Source: Mobula birostris
Taxonomy: Eukaryota
Direction of reading: 5' to 3'
DNA: 64,000 nucleotides
NCBI RefSeq assembly: GCF_030028105.1
Contig: NC_092400.1
Span: forward strand, 18,042,001-18,106,000
Positions 1 through 13,067 of the stretch are shown here, piece by piece. The notes under the pieces were generated by a model, which was given only the letters and a program-made list of their open reading frames with translations, did no database searches and was not told the DNA's origin. Every line of letters begins with the position of its first letter. Within the stretch, counting starts at the first letter, position 1. A program made the translations under genes and the position numbers.

Positions 1-488
1 TCAAAAAATCTTGTGGAGGAGGTGGAGGAGGATCCAGGACCACATCACACCATCTCACTGATTATACAGCATTGCTTTTCCATGCACTTTACGTGACAGA
101 GGACAGAGAGACAACAGTATTCCCAGAGAAGATTTTCGTTACCACAAAGATCTGCTGAATGAAGCTTAAAAGTGATTTCTGCTCTCCTTCATGCAGCCTG
201 GACATGCTTTCTCATGGTTGTAGGAGGGGAGGCAGCAATAGTTCCTCGCGACACACTCTATCATGGTGCTTTAGCTCATGTGGGTAAGTGTGAAATAATC
301 AGACAGAGACACCAGACATATATTGATTAAATCCTGGGGAATAAAAGTTACTAACTCAGAATACCACATGCCTTTGGTTGCCCTTGATTCTTCATAAGGA
401 ATATTCAGTGTTCATTTCTTTCCACACTGCCACCTTGTGTTGGAGTTCTTTGCTGCAAACAATAATCCACAAAAGTCACTTCCAAGGA

Positions 489-617
489 ACTCAAACAGAA
501 AGTCTGCTGGAAATCCAAGCAACATACACAAAATGCTGGAGGAACTCAGCAGGCCAGGCAGCATCTATGCAAAAAAGTACAGTCAACGTTTCTGGCCGAG
601 ACCCTTCGGCAGGACTT
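489..617 (-). mobile_element. Penelope-like element terminal (pLTR) fragment with degenerate hammerhead
   Basis: Reverse complement reads agtcctgccgaagggtctcggccagaaacgttgact...gatgctgcctggcctgctg, matching the ends of the element at 22255-23888; the same insertion is at ~46630-46760. Confidence 0.75.
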
Positions 618-1423
618 TCAAGATCAAATAAATTTCTGTTTTTTGACATTCCTAGATGGGTCTCAACAGGTAAGCAAAATTATTTTAATATTGGTAAATC
701 AGAGCGGATTTTATAATATCCTGGTAACTTCATTGACACCCATAACACACAGGAGAAAAATTAGTCCATTCAGCCCATCGACTCTGTTCCACCATTCCAT
801 CTTGGTAGCTTTACTATCGCTCTGAACCCATTCTCATGCCTTCTGGCCAGGAGTCAGCAATCAAGAACCTATCAACCTCTGCTTTAAATATACCCAATGA
901 CTTGTCCTCCACAACCACCTCTGGCAGTGAATTCCACAGACTGAACATCTTCTTGTAAAAGAAATCCCTCCATATCTCCGTCCTAAATACTGATTATCTT
1001 TAATTAATGATGACCATCCTTCTTCAGTACTGATAATCTTTCTTCATTCCAGATTTCAATTTTATTTACGGAAAATAAATTCCCCAGTTTTGAACCGGCG
1101 CTTCACTTCCTCTCTCCAGTTCACCAGAAAAGGCTTTTCTCTGGCACCATTCCAGCAACCGCTTACAACACTTCGCTACTGACTGAAAGTCTGCAGGTAG
1201 GATTGAACTTGGTTGAATAGTATTACTGCAGATTCCTCTGGACAGTCAATCAACCTGAGAATGGCCCACTATAACGGGTAGAAGCTATCTACAAGCGAGA
1301 CACAGAGGCTGAAGTCATCTGAGGAAGTAATTGCTTATATGGAAAGAGAAAATCTTAAAATATCCATAAACCCTTTCTTTCAAAGCAGGGGTTCCCAACC
1401 TGGGATTCACAGAACCCTTACTG

Positions 1424-1954
1424 TTTTCTTAACAAAACTATGAAGGTTTATTTACATCACATATGCACAAGGTACAGACAGTCAACATTTACAAGACAGT
1501 AAGTATACTCAAATTAAAAAATGGTTAGTACCGTCTATAAGACAATCAATACCTCGTGGGGGGGGGGGGGAGGAGGGCGACAGCTCACGGATGTCCCCAC
1601 AATGGGCCCGTCGCAACCGCGTGCTCCCTCTCCAGGTACAGTCGGGCACGAACGTATCCTCAGAAAAGGGGCAGGCAGTCAGCCCGCGCAGCGCCCGCCC
1701 TCCACTTTCCTCCGCCATGCCTGTGAATGGCCATCTTGGCCAGACCCAGGACAAAGCCCGCCAGCAGATCCTCCTCACGTCCCCGCGCCCTCCCGACACC
1801 CACCCTAATTGAATCGGGACCAGAACCCCCCAGCATCCAGAAGCACCCAGCCTGGATGAGGCCAGGCCCCGTACCCTCCACAGTTCCCGGTAAAAGGAGC
1901 GTAGTTCCCTCAGAGCAGCACGTCATCCGGAATCCGCGTGCCCTCCTGCCAAAA
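1424..1954 (-). mobile_element. Tx1-clade LINE 3' fragment, inserted into a small hAT MITE (1386-1972)
   Basis: Translates to EDLLAGFVLGLAKMAIH..ADCLPLF*GYVRARLYLEREH..IDCLIDGTNHFLI*, resembling the Tx1 ORF2 C-terminus; GC-rich and absent from the paralogous cassettes. Confidence 0.7.
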
Positions 1955-2190
1955 TAAAATAGGGAACTTATGCTTTAAAGACAGGGTTTCTTCATAAAGT
2001 AAGTTTATTTCAGAGGTTGTTTATGTAGAAACATGCAGTAACTTCTCTACATATAAAAGAAAGTGTATTTCAGAACTTGTTACTTAAAATCAACTTATCT
2101 CGCACCAACATTTTCAGAATTGATCAATTTTTGCGTCCGGTCGCATTTATCAGCTTTACTTTGATCACATAACAAAAAAGAGCATCTAGT

Positions 2191-3216
2191 TCACGCGGAC
2201 CGGGAACATGGGATGGCTGATGCAGAGCTCGTTTGCTGATCCACAGTCTGCTCCTCTATAGATGTTCCTTGTTCAGTGGCTGATCTGCGACAGCTTAAAT
2301 TAAGAGGAAGCAGAGCTTTCTCCAAACCATCTCTAAACTGCGAAGTAGAAAAATAGTAAATAATGGGATCGACCACACTGTTCAGATACGTTATAAACAA
2401 CGTATTGTAAAAGATATTCGCTGCTATGTGATACGACTTGCAGTCAATTGACCTTCTCAGTTTAGTCACCAAAACCGCGACCGCAGCAACACTGCTGGGC
2501 AAGAAAAAAATGACAAAAACTGCAGCCACGGCTATCACAAGTTTCACAATTCGCTTATATTTAGCCCGCATTTCAGCTTCCATCTGCCGTAACCTCCAGA
2601 TGATGGAGGACGTAGAGAATAGGATAACTGAAACTGGCAAAAGAAACTTAAAGAACATAAAAATAAAGCCAGTCCAAGCTGCTCTGAGACTCAGATCCTT
2701 CGTTATGCTGAAAGGCTCACAGTTTGTCACGTTGTGTTGTTCGAAGTGATGTTTGTCTGTCAGCAAGTGCAAGCAAATAGCCACCGCTACAATCCACAGA
2801 CTGCCTGCTATCTTCACCGCACACCTTGTAGAGATCTTGTTTACCTTGTGGAGTGGATGGACCACCTTAAAGTAACGATCGATCGCTATAACCATGAGGA
2901 AAAAGACGCCGCCAGTTCGGTTCAGGGAAATCATGAATGTGTTCAGTCGACACAGTCCATCACCAAAACTCCAGTCCTTCCCTCGGATAAAATAAACAGC
3001 TCGAAAAGGTAGACAGCATAGTAACAGAGTGTCTGCAATCATGAGATTCAGTGAATATATAATACTTGGTTTCCGCGACTTCACATGAACACAAAAGATC
3101 CACAAAGCAATCGTATTTCCAGCAAGCCCGAGGATGAATGTGATGATAATTATGGGCGGGTTGTAGGATGAGTTAACATCTTCAGCAGGAACACATTGCG
3201 GGGTCGAGTTCGCCAT
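2191..3216 (-). CDS. HCAR/OXER1-family GPCR, copy 1 (intact, 341 aa, single exon)
   Basis: Seven hydrophobic segments; TM1 GLAGN, TM2 NLxxAD..CLPFR, WxFGDxxCR, TM3 LNR..DRYFKVVHPxH, ECL2 CEPF, TM6 FLP, TM7 YLNSVVDPIIYYFS; good Kozak context (cacaATGG). Motifs match HCAR1/2; exact orthology unresolved. Confidence 0.93.
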   Translation of the reverse strand: MANSTPQCVPAEDVNSSYNPPIIIITFILGLAGNTIALWIFCVHVKSRKPSIIYSLNLMIADTLLLCCLPFRAVYFIRGKDWSFGDGLCRLNTFMISLNRTGGVFFLMVIAIDRYFKVVHPLHKVNKISTRCAVKIAGSLWIVAVAICLHLLTDKHHFEQHNVTNCEPFSITKDLSLRAAWTGFIFMFFKFLLPVSVILFSTSSIIWRLRQMEAEMRAKYKRIVKLVIAVAAVFVIFFLPSSVAAVAVLVTKLRRSIDCKSYHIAANIFYNTLFITYLNSVVDPIIYYFSTSQFRDGLEKALLPLNLSCRRSATEQGTSIEEQTVDQQTSSASAIPCSRSA

Positions 3217-3435
3217 TGTGCGAAAAAGTCAAGTTGTGTCCAGGGAGAGCAAACTCGATCAGAGTCGAACAATCTGTAAAGTTGATCTTCGAATGAGTTT
3301 GTTCCCCTGTGGGTGGAGTATATGGGCGGAGTGAAATAGTCAGAGCACCAATAAATTGTGCGATCAAATCATCAATTCCAGGAAAACTAGAAGCATCAGC
3401 GTTTAAATTAAGCAGCAAACAATGAAATATATTTA
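3217..3435 (-). promoter_or_regulatory. Putative proximal promoter of copy 1 (GC box, CCAAT, GAS-like TTCCAGGAA at 3376-3384)
   Basis: Block recurs upstream of every copy (about 21820-22040, 38560-38790, 49169-49390, 54348-54570); contains gggcgg, ccaat and TTC-N3-GAA. Function is inferred. Confidence 0.5.
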
Positions 3436-3727
3436 GCTTTCGTTGCCAGTTTATGCTTCAGTATGTAGGTCTTTCATTTTTTTTGGATTTCAACAGTTCT
3501 TGATTATCTTTTGAGATGGAGACGACTCCCTGATCATCATCTGGTACCAGTGAAGGTGCTGTATTTAAACAAATTTTTATGTTAAGCATTTGTAATATAG
3601 AAGTGCATCTACTTCCTCTGGTTTGGGGAAGTGATTCAGCTTGAGTGACATGGCTACTGAACAGAATGGTTTCACAATATCTGAGTGGAACAAGATCTAT
3701 CCTGGTGTGCAATGGGGATGCTGAGAG

Positions 3728-4908
3728 TGTCACAGATTGGGGCGTTGGTGCAGGCTCAAATGCAAGACACAGACACTGAAGTACTAGGAACAGGACTGGG
3801 ATGCAGGACCTGGGCTCAGACATGGACAAGAAACAGGGAACCCAGACAAAGAACCATGAACTAGGAGCCTGGGCTTGGACTCAGAGCCAGAGACTGGACA
3901 AGGACCCAGAACCTGGGTCTTGTCTCAGGCTCGGACCCCAGAACTAGGCAAGGACATGACATAGTTACAGGACAGGACGTGACTGGGGTCTTCAGGCTTG
4001 AGGCTGGGGTCTTGAGTCTTGAGGCTGCAGGCTGGGAGCTGGGGTCTTGGAATGCAGAGGCTGATGACTTGGAGGCTGGAGCTCAGACAGACTGGAAACT
4101 GAACATCAACAGAGCGCAAGGACTTATCCTTCGAAAAGCCAAGACTCATCTTTATCTCCACACCAAGGTGGGACAGGTCCATCCGTCAAGTAACAGCAGA
4201 ACAGCCGGACTAACCCAACAGAGGCAAAGACAAGACAGGTCCCCCTGCAGGGCAATGGGAGAATGGCATGACTTCCCCACGGAGGTAAGGACAAGACAAG
4301 ACAGAGCCACCCCCCACCTGGAGGGCAACAGCAGAACGGCCTGACTTACCCCACGGAGGTGAGAACAAAACAAAACAGATTACCCCCGCAGGGCAATGGC
4401 AAATCAGCCTGACTTACCCCACAGAGGCGAGGACAAGAAGAGACAAACACTGAAGAATGACAGACAGTTCCATCTCCGCATCGGGGTTGCTCCGAGTTGC
4501 AGTTACGGTCAGCAACCTCGGCTGGCTACGGAAACAGCCGGATCCCTACCTAGCTCGGAGTGGCTGACGGCCACTCAGCTGGCCCGGGAAATGGCCAAAT
4601 CCATACACAAAGACAGCTCCAACTACTGACAGCAAGGCTCCATGAGGCGATGCTTCACCAACACAGCCTAAAGATGGCAAGTGGCCGCTCCAGCCTTCCA
4701 CCGGCAGGTTGCTCCCAGGGAATCTTGACAAGACAAACCAGCAGCTTACACTCAACCCCAAGGCCACTTATATTCCAATCCCCAAGATGGGAATCAGGTG
4801 CTTATAATTAACCCAACCAAAACAAAGGACAGCTGGAATACCCGGAGTCCTGAGTCCATGGAATGGACCGTGAACCGGAATGCTAACGTCACGGACAGGA
4901 CCATGATA
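3728..4908 (-). mobile_element. Solo LTR (Gypsy-like)
   Basis: TGTCA...TGATA ends; 5-bp TSD GAGAG (3723-3727, 4909-4913); empty site visible at ~49660 and ~59475. Confidence 0.8.
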
Positions 4909-5760
4909 GAGAGACATTATGGGTCAGGAAAGAGGAAACAATCAAAGCAGCAGAGGGCTTCATAGGTATCACAGGTATCTGTGAACCATTAGCCTGCGGG
5001 GAGGTGGTAGAAACTGTAAGTTATGAAACTGACGCTGGAGGGTAAATAGAGTCTTCTGGGGAAATACGTCAGGGATTCCTAAGGGAGATTAAAGCCTGAT
5101 ACTCAGTGGTGGGTCGTGTTCCCATTGGAAATACGAGAAAGTGTCCAGGAGCTGATGTTCAGGACAGAGTAATATGCACAAGCACTCTCACACTGTCCTT
5201 GTCAGCAGACTTGACGAGTCATTCCAGAAGTCATTCTTATTGAAGAGAGTCTTGCAAATGCAGGTTCAGTGGAGGGAGCAAATTGAAATATTTAGTTCTG
5301 AGTTGGCAGAGAGTGATGAATGGATCAGGAGAAGGAAAGGGCTTTCAAGAGTGACCAGGATTTGTAAAGGATTCTGGAAATGGGGATCGTAAGTGTTGAG
5401 TACACCTGATCATGGGGACTCTAGCTTTTGAACCTCTTCTCAAGTAGGTCTGGAATCAAGCATCACTCAAGTCACACATGGGAAAAGCAGGACCTGGGGA
5501 TTGACTGTTGCTGAATATATCTCCAGCAGTGTGGATGCTGAGAATGTTACTATACGAGCTGAGTGGAGGGAGAGTGTGACGGAGAGGGATAAGCAGCAAC
5601 ACAGGCTCTTCCAAGTCATCCAACAGGCAGAAGTTTGGATCTACTTTGGCTGTGCGGTTATCGATACACTCGAAACAGTACACCAGAAATGAATGCAGGA
5701 CCAGGCCATAGGAATCCCTGAACTTCACCCAGAATTCACTCAGATCATCACCTCAACACT

Positions 5761-5960
5761 TGCTACACATTGGCACAAATGGCAGAACCTCTGCCTCACT
5801 GCATCAGAACTCTGGGTTCAACAAATAACCCTGGATTCCTTTGGGTCTGGAGTTTGCACATTCACCCTGGACTACATGGGCTTCCTCTGGGTGCTTCAGT
5901 ACCCCTGCCACCTTGCAAACAAATGCATCTCAGCAGATGAATGTCCTGCTGTAAATCACT
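5761..5960 (+). mobile_element. Degraded V-SINE (HE1-like)
   Basis: ggagtttgcacattc...gggcttcctctgggtgcttcag V-domain-like block after a tRNA-like head; paralogue at ~39100-39210. Confidence 0.55.
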
Positions 5961-7048
5961 ACAAATATTAGGCCATTGGGGCATAAGATATAGGTGCACA
6001 ATTAGGGTATTTCGCCCATTGACTTTGCTTTCTCGTCGCTGACACATTTCCCATCTCAGCCCCAACCTCCTGTCTTCTCCACCTGTCCCTTCTTGACTAA
6101 TTAAGAATCTATAAACCTCTGCCTTAAATATACCCAATATCCTGGCTTTCATAGCGACCTGTGGCGTCGAATTACACAGAGTCACCACACTCTGGCTAAA
6201 GAAATTCCTCCTGATTTCCATTCTAAAAGGACATCCCTGTATTATAAGGCTGTATCCTCTGGTCTTAGACACCTGAACTATAGCAAACATCTTCTCCACA
6301 TCCTCTCTTGGTAGGTGGTAGAGTGTGGGAGAAACCAAGCAATATGTGGGGAGAAATTTTAAAATATTGGATTAATTTAATATTTGGGTTAATTTAGTAT
6401 TTGGGTTAATTTAGTATTTGGGTAAATGGATGCTTGACAGTCACCAGAAACATAAAGGCGTAACTTGTTAATTTCTCCCCGTGACTTATAGAATTAAGGA
6501 TATCTGTATTCAAACCCAGAAGTTTTAAGTTGCTAGTTGCCATAAACCACACGGAACATGCAGCTTGTCACGCACATGGAACGGTGGAAAGCCTCACTCT
6601 CAATTACTCAGCTTCATTCACCGACAGCTCATTAACCATATTAGGAACAATTCCTCAATCCATTCCTTCACTCAGATTGACTCAATCCCTTCCCACCAAG
6701 GAAACATGGTGCTAATCTAAAAGAAGGATGAGTTACTCAGAGATCAAGTGTGCCCTTACGTTCTCATCAAAGCCACCAATTTTGGGATTTGGGCCATAAC
6801 AGCCACTGTGAGTGGAAGGATACTGCCAGTACAGTATCTCCCGACCAGAATGCCCAGGAACCTGTTTTCAACCTGGATAAAGACGTGTGATGACAGATTC
6901 CAAACAGTCTCCCGGAGTATCAGAGCAGCCCTGTGGTGAAGTTATTGAAACAATGGAGGAACCAGCCTGCTGAAGATCAAAGGCGCGAATCCTCATCATT
7001 TGAACTTCTATCAGGTTCCCTCATATTGCCTGCGTGTTATCCTGCCAG

Positions 7049-8272
7049 TGTTACACAGAGGCAGCTGGAGTGACCGGAGGCAGGACCCAAGTACAGGACA
7101 CAGGCACGGAGACAGATTAAACAGAAATGTATTTATTGCTAGCTACTAAGAAGGCCAGGGATTGAGGATAAAAAGCCAACAAGGACATGAATGTTGGATA
7201 ACAAACTAGTAAAATATGGACTTGGACTTCGGTTCAGACACGGAGCCTAGACTTTGACTCGGAATCAGACACAAAGCCTGGACTTGGAACCTGGACTTGG
7301 ACTTCAGCTTGGACATGGAGCCTGGACTCAGACTTGGACTCGGTCAAGGAGCCGGGACTCAGACTTGGACTTGGACACAGAACCTGGACTTAGACCCTGA
7401 ACTTGAACTTGAGCTCGGCATCAGAGCCTGGACATGAACTTGGACTCGGACACAGAGCCAGGACTTGAATTTGGACTTCGACCCGGAACCTGGACCTGGG
7501 CTTGGACTCGGAGCCAGGACTTAGACTTCGACTTCAAAACTGAACTTGGGCTCGGACACAGAGCCAGGACTTAGACTTTGACCAGGGCTTGGGCTTCGAC
7601 TCGGAACCTGGACATGGGCTTGGAGTCTGGACTTGAACTTGGGCTCGGACACAGAACCTGGCCTTAGACTTGGATGTGGATAGGACTCGGAATGACAAAA
7701 TAATGACAGTCCATTCGGGTAGCGGCAAACGGTCTGCCTACTGAGCTGGATACGAGATGAAAAAATAATGACAGTCCATTCGAGTAGCACCAAACGGCCT
7801 GACTACTGAACTGGATACGAGATGACTAAACAACAGGCCATTTGAGTAGTGGCAAACGGACTACCTACTCAGCCGGATACGAGACAACGAAATCCAAACC
7901 ACGACAGTCCATTCGAATCTCGACTCGGTGAAGTGGCCACCCGCCAGCAAATCTCAGCTGGCCATGGAAACGGCAGAATTCCTACCTTTGGCTCGGAGTG
8001 GCGTCAAATAGCCGGCAACTCAGCTGGACATGAAAACGACCGAATCCACGAAGCAAACCCGGGCACCGGAGCCACAGAGTCCACAATGAACGGGAACCCG
8101 AATTGGGTACAACTGCACTTGCTCAGGTGACGGTCGAGCACCGAGTAGCTGTTAGCTGGAGTTTTTACACTGCCGGCACGGATGGGAAACAGGTGCCTTA
8201 ATCAAGACACCCAATGGACCACGGGGAAAAGGAAGTAACTGGAATGAGGAGTCAACAGACTGGACCGTGACA
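7049..8272 (-). mobile_element. Solo LTR with internal (GGACTT/GGACTC)n-like repeat
   Basis: TGTTA...TGACA ends; 5-bp TSD GCCAG (7044-7048, 8273-8277); same family as 43128-44731. Confidence 0.85.
7217..7690. repeat. Degenerate hexamer-based tandem repeat (ggactt/ggactc/gagcct)
   Basis: Directly visible; a related tract lies at ~43290-43535. Confidence 0.85.
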
Positions 8273-11200
8273 GCCAGGCATGCCAGTGCCCATGCTGAGA
8301 TATACAATATGAACTCCTGCCTTTGAGTCCCAAACCTCCAGACAATCCTTCATTTCCATCAGCAATTCTACTTCACGGAAGGCCTTTGGCTTTCCTCCAG
8401 TCATGGTGCCATCGCTGGGGACATGACTGCCTCACTCAACAAATGCAAGGTGCCACCTGACTTTGGGAACCCGTGACCTACAGCTGTTCAAAGTAGAGAA
8501 GGAGCATTTGGAATGGAACTAAGAAGTTCATGCCCATACTTCAGAAACGCTACAAAGAGCTGCGTAATTAGTAGGTGGAGCAGACCACCTCACCTGCACC
8601 CACCTGACACCCTGTCAGGAAGCAACTATTCATCTGTGGAGGACCATAAAACCATTGTAAGATATTGGATCAGAATTAGGCTATTGGGACCATCGAGTCT
8701 GATCCTCTATTTAATTATGCCTCAGTTTCTGTCTTCAACTCCAGTCTCCAAACTTCACCCTACAACCCTTAAACCCCTTCACGATCAAGAACCTATAAAT
8801 CATTGTCTTAAATACACTCAATGATCTGGCCTCCTCCGCCCTATAAGACAATGAATTCCACAGATTCCCCACACTCTGTCTGTGGAAATTGCTCATCTCA
8901 GTTCCAAAGAGACCTCCCTTTATTTTGTGGCTGTGCCCTTGGATCCTTGGATCTTGGAACTTGGATCATTGGATCCTCCCCTACTAATAGAAACATCTGT
9001 GACTAACTACATCAGAATGGGGAGAAACTATCTATAGGAATGGATAGGAGTGGATAATGTTCCTTATCTGAAAAGGTGGACATATTGCAAACCTGTTGTA
9101 TATTTAATATTCTGCAATATTTGAGTAATATTGTATATATTTTTTTGTTTAAGGATTCTTCTGATAATTAACATTAATTTCTATGTAAATTACGTTAATT
9201 GCCTACGTCATCACATGATAAGGGTGCGCCTCATTTGAAGTGAAAGAACAACATTAAGAGTCGCATCTTTCAGCTCTTACACCCATCTGACCAATTAACC
9301 TCCTAATCCAAACGTGTTTGGAATGTGGCAGGAAAGCCGAGCACCAGGAGGAACCCATGAGGTCAAACATAGAATGTACATACTCCTTACAGACAGCAGG
9401 TAGAAACAAATCAGCAAGTAGAGAACAATGGCGTTTCCACAATTCACAGAGCCCCACCCGTCATCATTCTGTACATCCTGTTTACATAACAGACTGCTTG
9501 CGCCATCTTAAAACTGTGATAATTAAGTTCGTTAGAATGATGACACTGTCAATCAAGTTTTTAAAAAGTCATAAATATCTGGAGGGGTCAATGAACATCA
9601 CAAAATATCCAGTGCTTCTCAGTTACAAAGTCATCACCCTGCAATGGGACATGACAGCACATGAACAATGTCCACAAATACCAGATTCACAATGTCTACA
9701 ATTCATGTATAAACAATACTGTATCTGAATTCCATGATTTCATCTCCAGCTGTATAGAGAGGGTAAATACAAGCAGGCTTTTTCCACTGGGGCTCGGTGG
9801 GATGGCAATTAGAAGTCATGGGTTAAGGGTTAAAGGTGAAAGGTTTAAGGGGAACATGAGGGGAATCTTGATTACCCAGAGGATAGTGAGAGTGCGGAAC
9901 GAGCTTCCAGCACAGTAGTGCATGTGAATTCGATGTCAATGTGTTAACAGAAGTTTGCAGCCGTACATAGATGGTAGGCATTTGGAAGGCTATGGTCCCG
10001 GTGGAGGTCATTGAGAGTAGGCAGCTTAAATGGTTTGGAATGGACTAGAGAGGCCCAAAGGCCTGTTTCTGTGCTGCACTCTATGGTTTTACATGAAAAT
10101 AAAATACCTACAAAGTAGTTATATTTCTGACTAGTCATAGGATGATTGTTATAATAACTACTGGTGGGCTGTGAGCAGGGTTGTCGACCTCACTAGAGAC
10201 ACATCGATGGGCCGATTTATTCCTCCACATCTCTGTTCTGAATGCTGACCATCCTTCTTCATTACAGATTTCAATTTTATTTCCTGAAAATAAATTCCCC
10301 GATTTTGAACCGGAGCTAACCTCCTGTCTCCAGTTCCAGTTCACTAGGAGAGGCTTTTCTTTTCCAATTCAGTACCTAGTTCCAGTACTGTCACGATATG
10401 GGTACATGCAGCTTGGCACCAGCACAGCGGCCCCTTGCATCACTTTCCTCCTGACTGAAAGTCCACTGGTAGGGTTGTTCTTGGATGAATAGATTGCTGC
10501 TGATTCTGATGGACAGTCCAGCAACCTTCTACCACTATAACGAGTAGAAGCTAGCTACAAAAGAGACACGGAGGCTGAATTCATCTGTGGAAGCGGTTGC
10601 TTATATGGAAGGAGGATATCTTAAATACCCATACACAACACAGAACACTTGCCTTTAAACCAGGGTTTCCAACATGTGGTCCACCACCCTTCATTTAATT
10701 GTAAGGCCCCATGGCATACAAAAGATTGGGAAAACTGCTTGAAAGTAAAGTATCTTAACGAATAAGCTCTGAAATGAACTTCGTTTTGTAGAGATAAGAC
10801 GCAATTTCTTCTCTGCATAAAGGGAAGTGTATGACGGAACTTGTTCGTTAAGATCGACTTATCCCTCACAAAAATATTACCATTTGATCACTTTCTCCTT
10901 TCGGGCGCATTAATCAGCCTTGCTTTGAGGGCATCTGGTTCACGCAGAGCGGGAGCCATCAGAAAGTGGTTACAGAGCTCGTTTGCTGATCCAAACTCTG
11001 GCGCTCTTTGGATGTTCCTTATACAGTGGCTGATCTGCAACATCTTAAATTAAGACCAAAAGCTTTCAGCAAAGCATATTGAAACTGCGAGGTTGAGAAA
11101 TAGTAAATAATGGGATCGATCACACTCTTCAGATACGTTATAAACAACGTATTGAAAAAGATATTCACTGCTATGTGATACAACTTGCAGTGGGATGGAC

Positions 11201-12089
11201 TTAGTTTAGTGACCAAAACCGTGACCACAGCAACACTGGTGGGCAAGAAGCAAATGACAAAAACTGCAGCCACGGCTATCACAAGTTTCACAGTTCGCTT
11301 ATATTTAGCCCGCATTCCAGCTTCCATCTGCCGTAACCTCCAGATGACGGAGGACGTAGAGAATAGGATAACTGAAACTGGCAAAAGAAACTTAAAGAAT
11401 CAAAAAATAAAGTCATTCCAAACTGCTGTGGGACTCAGAGGCCTGTTTATGCTGAAAGGCTCACAGTTTGTCATGTTATGTTATTTGAAGACACCTTTGT
11501 CGATCTGCAAGTGCAAACGAATAGCCGCCGCTATAATCCACAGACCACCGGCTATCATCACCACACACCTTGTAAGGATCTTGTTTACTTTGTGCAGTGG
11601 ACGGAACACCTTAAAGTAACGATCGATCGCAATAACCATTAGGAAAAAGACGCTGCCAATCCAGTTCAGGGAAATCATGAATATGTTTGGTCTACACAGT
11701 CCATTGCCAAAACTCCAGTCTTTCCCTCGGAGAAAATAATCAGCTCGAAAGGGTATGTGTTTAGGGGAAGTAGATAGCGGTTGTTTTTTGACCAAGTTTC
11801 TCTCTTTGGAAGGAGTGAGGGGGATAGGAAGTTCTTTTTTCTTGAAGTTGATTTGGGAATCTAGTCAATTCTGTTGCTCACCTAATATATCTCAAGGTTT
11901 ATTATTTGGGTTTAATTTATATTTTTCTGATTGCTACTTTAACCTTTCTTATAAATAGTTTAAAAATGGATCAAAGTATTAATTTACTTAGTTTTAATGT
12001 GAAAGCACTAAATCACCCCATGAAAACAAATAAGATTTTGCCAATATTAAAAAAACTTAAGGTACCAATTGTTTTTCTTCAAGAAAATC

Positions 12090-12714
12090 GGTTGGAAGGA
12101 GAGAAAGCAGCGCGCCGCATGTGCACAGCCCTCCGGTGAAAAATGATATTGTATCTGTTAAATAGGGGCCGTGGACAATTCTGATTTGATGGAGATGGAC
12201 ATGAAAGCACAGAGGAACATCTGGAAAAATTTCTGAAACACTCGTTCGCTGCTGTCATTACTGCGTGGTCGGGAATCTATCAGAGGGAAGGCCTCAAAAT
12301 CCCCGGCTTTGCCTGCTGTTGGCGACCGAGATGGAGGTTGAATCGCTCGGATAGTGATGGTGCTCAGTACTTGGTGTCGGGGAGCTGATCAGAGCTCGAA
12401 GTTTTCGGATGACTCAGAGTTGGGCCATGGTTGGGTATGGCAGGGAGAGGTTTTTCTTCCTTCTCCTGTCTGCGTGAGATGTGGGACATTTGAGAGACTT
12501 TGAACTTTTACTGTGCTCATGGACTTCTTCATCAAGTTATGGTATTGTTGCACTGTTGTATCTATATGTTATAATTATGTGGTTTTGTTAGTTTTTTCAG
12601 TCTTGGTCTGTCCTGTGTTTTGTGGTATCACACCGGAGGAAATATTGTATAATTTCTTAATGCATGCATTACTAAATAACAATAAAAGAGGACTGCATGT
12701 CTTCATAATCTAAA
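12090..12714 (+). mobile_element. Non-autonomous SINE-like retroelement nested in the L1 EN domain
   Basis: Interrupts the FLQE|HI motif; TSD aaaatc; A-rich tail; homologous to 15855-16532 in the opposite orientation. Confidence 0.75.
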
Positions 12715-13067
12715 AAAATCCATATACATAAGTGTGACAATTCACACCTTTTTAATCGATGCAGGGGAACTCATTTTCATCCTCATTTCAGGCCAAAGCT
12801 AGAGGTGTTTCGATCTTTATTGATAATAAAGTTCTTTTTTTTCAACATAAAGTAATTTCTGATACTAATGGGCATTTTGTTATAGTATCAGGAAAACTAA
12901 TTAACAAATTAATGGTATTTGCCAATGTATATGCTCGAATATAGATGACCCAGGTTTCTCTCAGCGTTTTTTTCCATTTTTGCCAGATCTAAGTCTGTAC
13001 TCATTGGTGATGGGTGGAGACGTTAATTGTAGCTTAGATCCAGTTTTAGATGATTCAACTTCTAAAC

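Noticed and set aside
2438-3012. Plus-strand ORFs recurring at each receptor copy (e.g. SLVTKTATAATL.., MLFEVMFV..)
   Set aside because: Antisense shadows of the GPCR coding sequence.
4990-5215. Integrase-like peptide hints (TTSPQANG on the minus strand; VVFPLEIRESV..CPCQQ on the plus strand)
   Set aside because: Short, on opposite strands and interrupted by stops; not supportable without a profile search.
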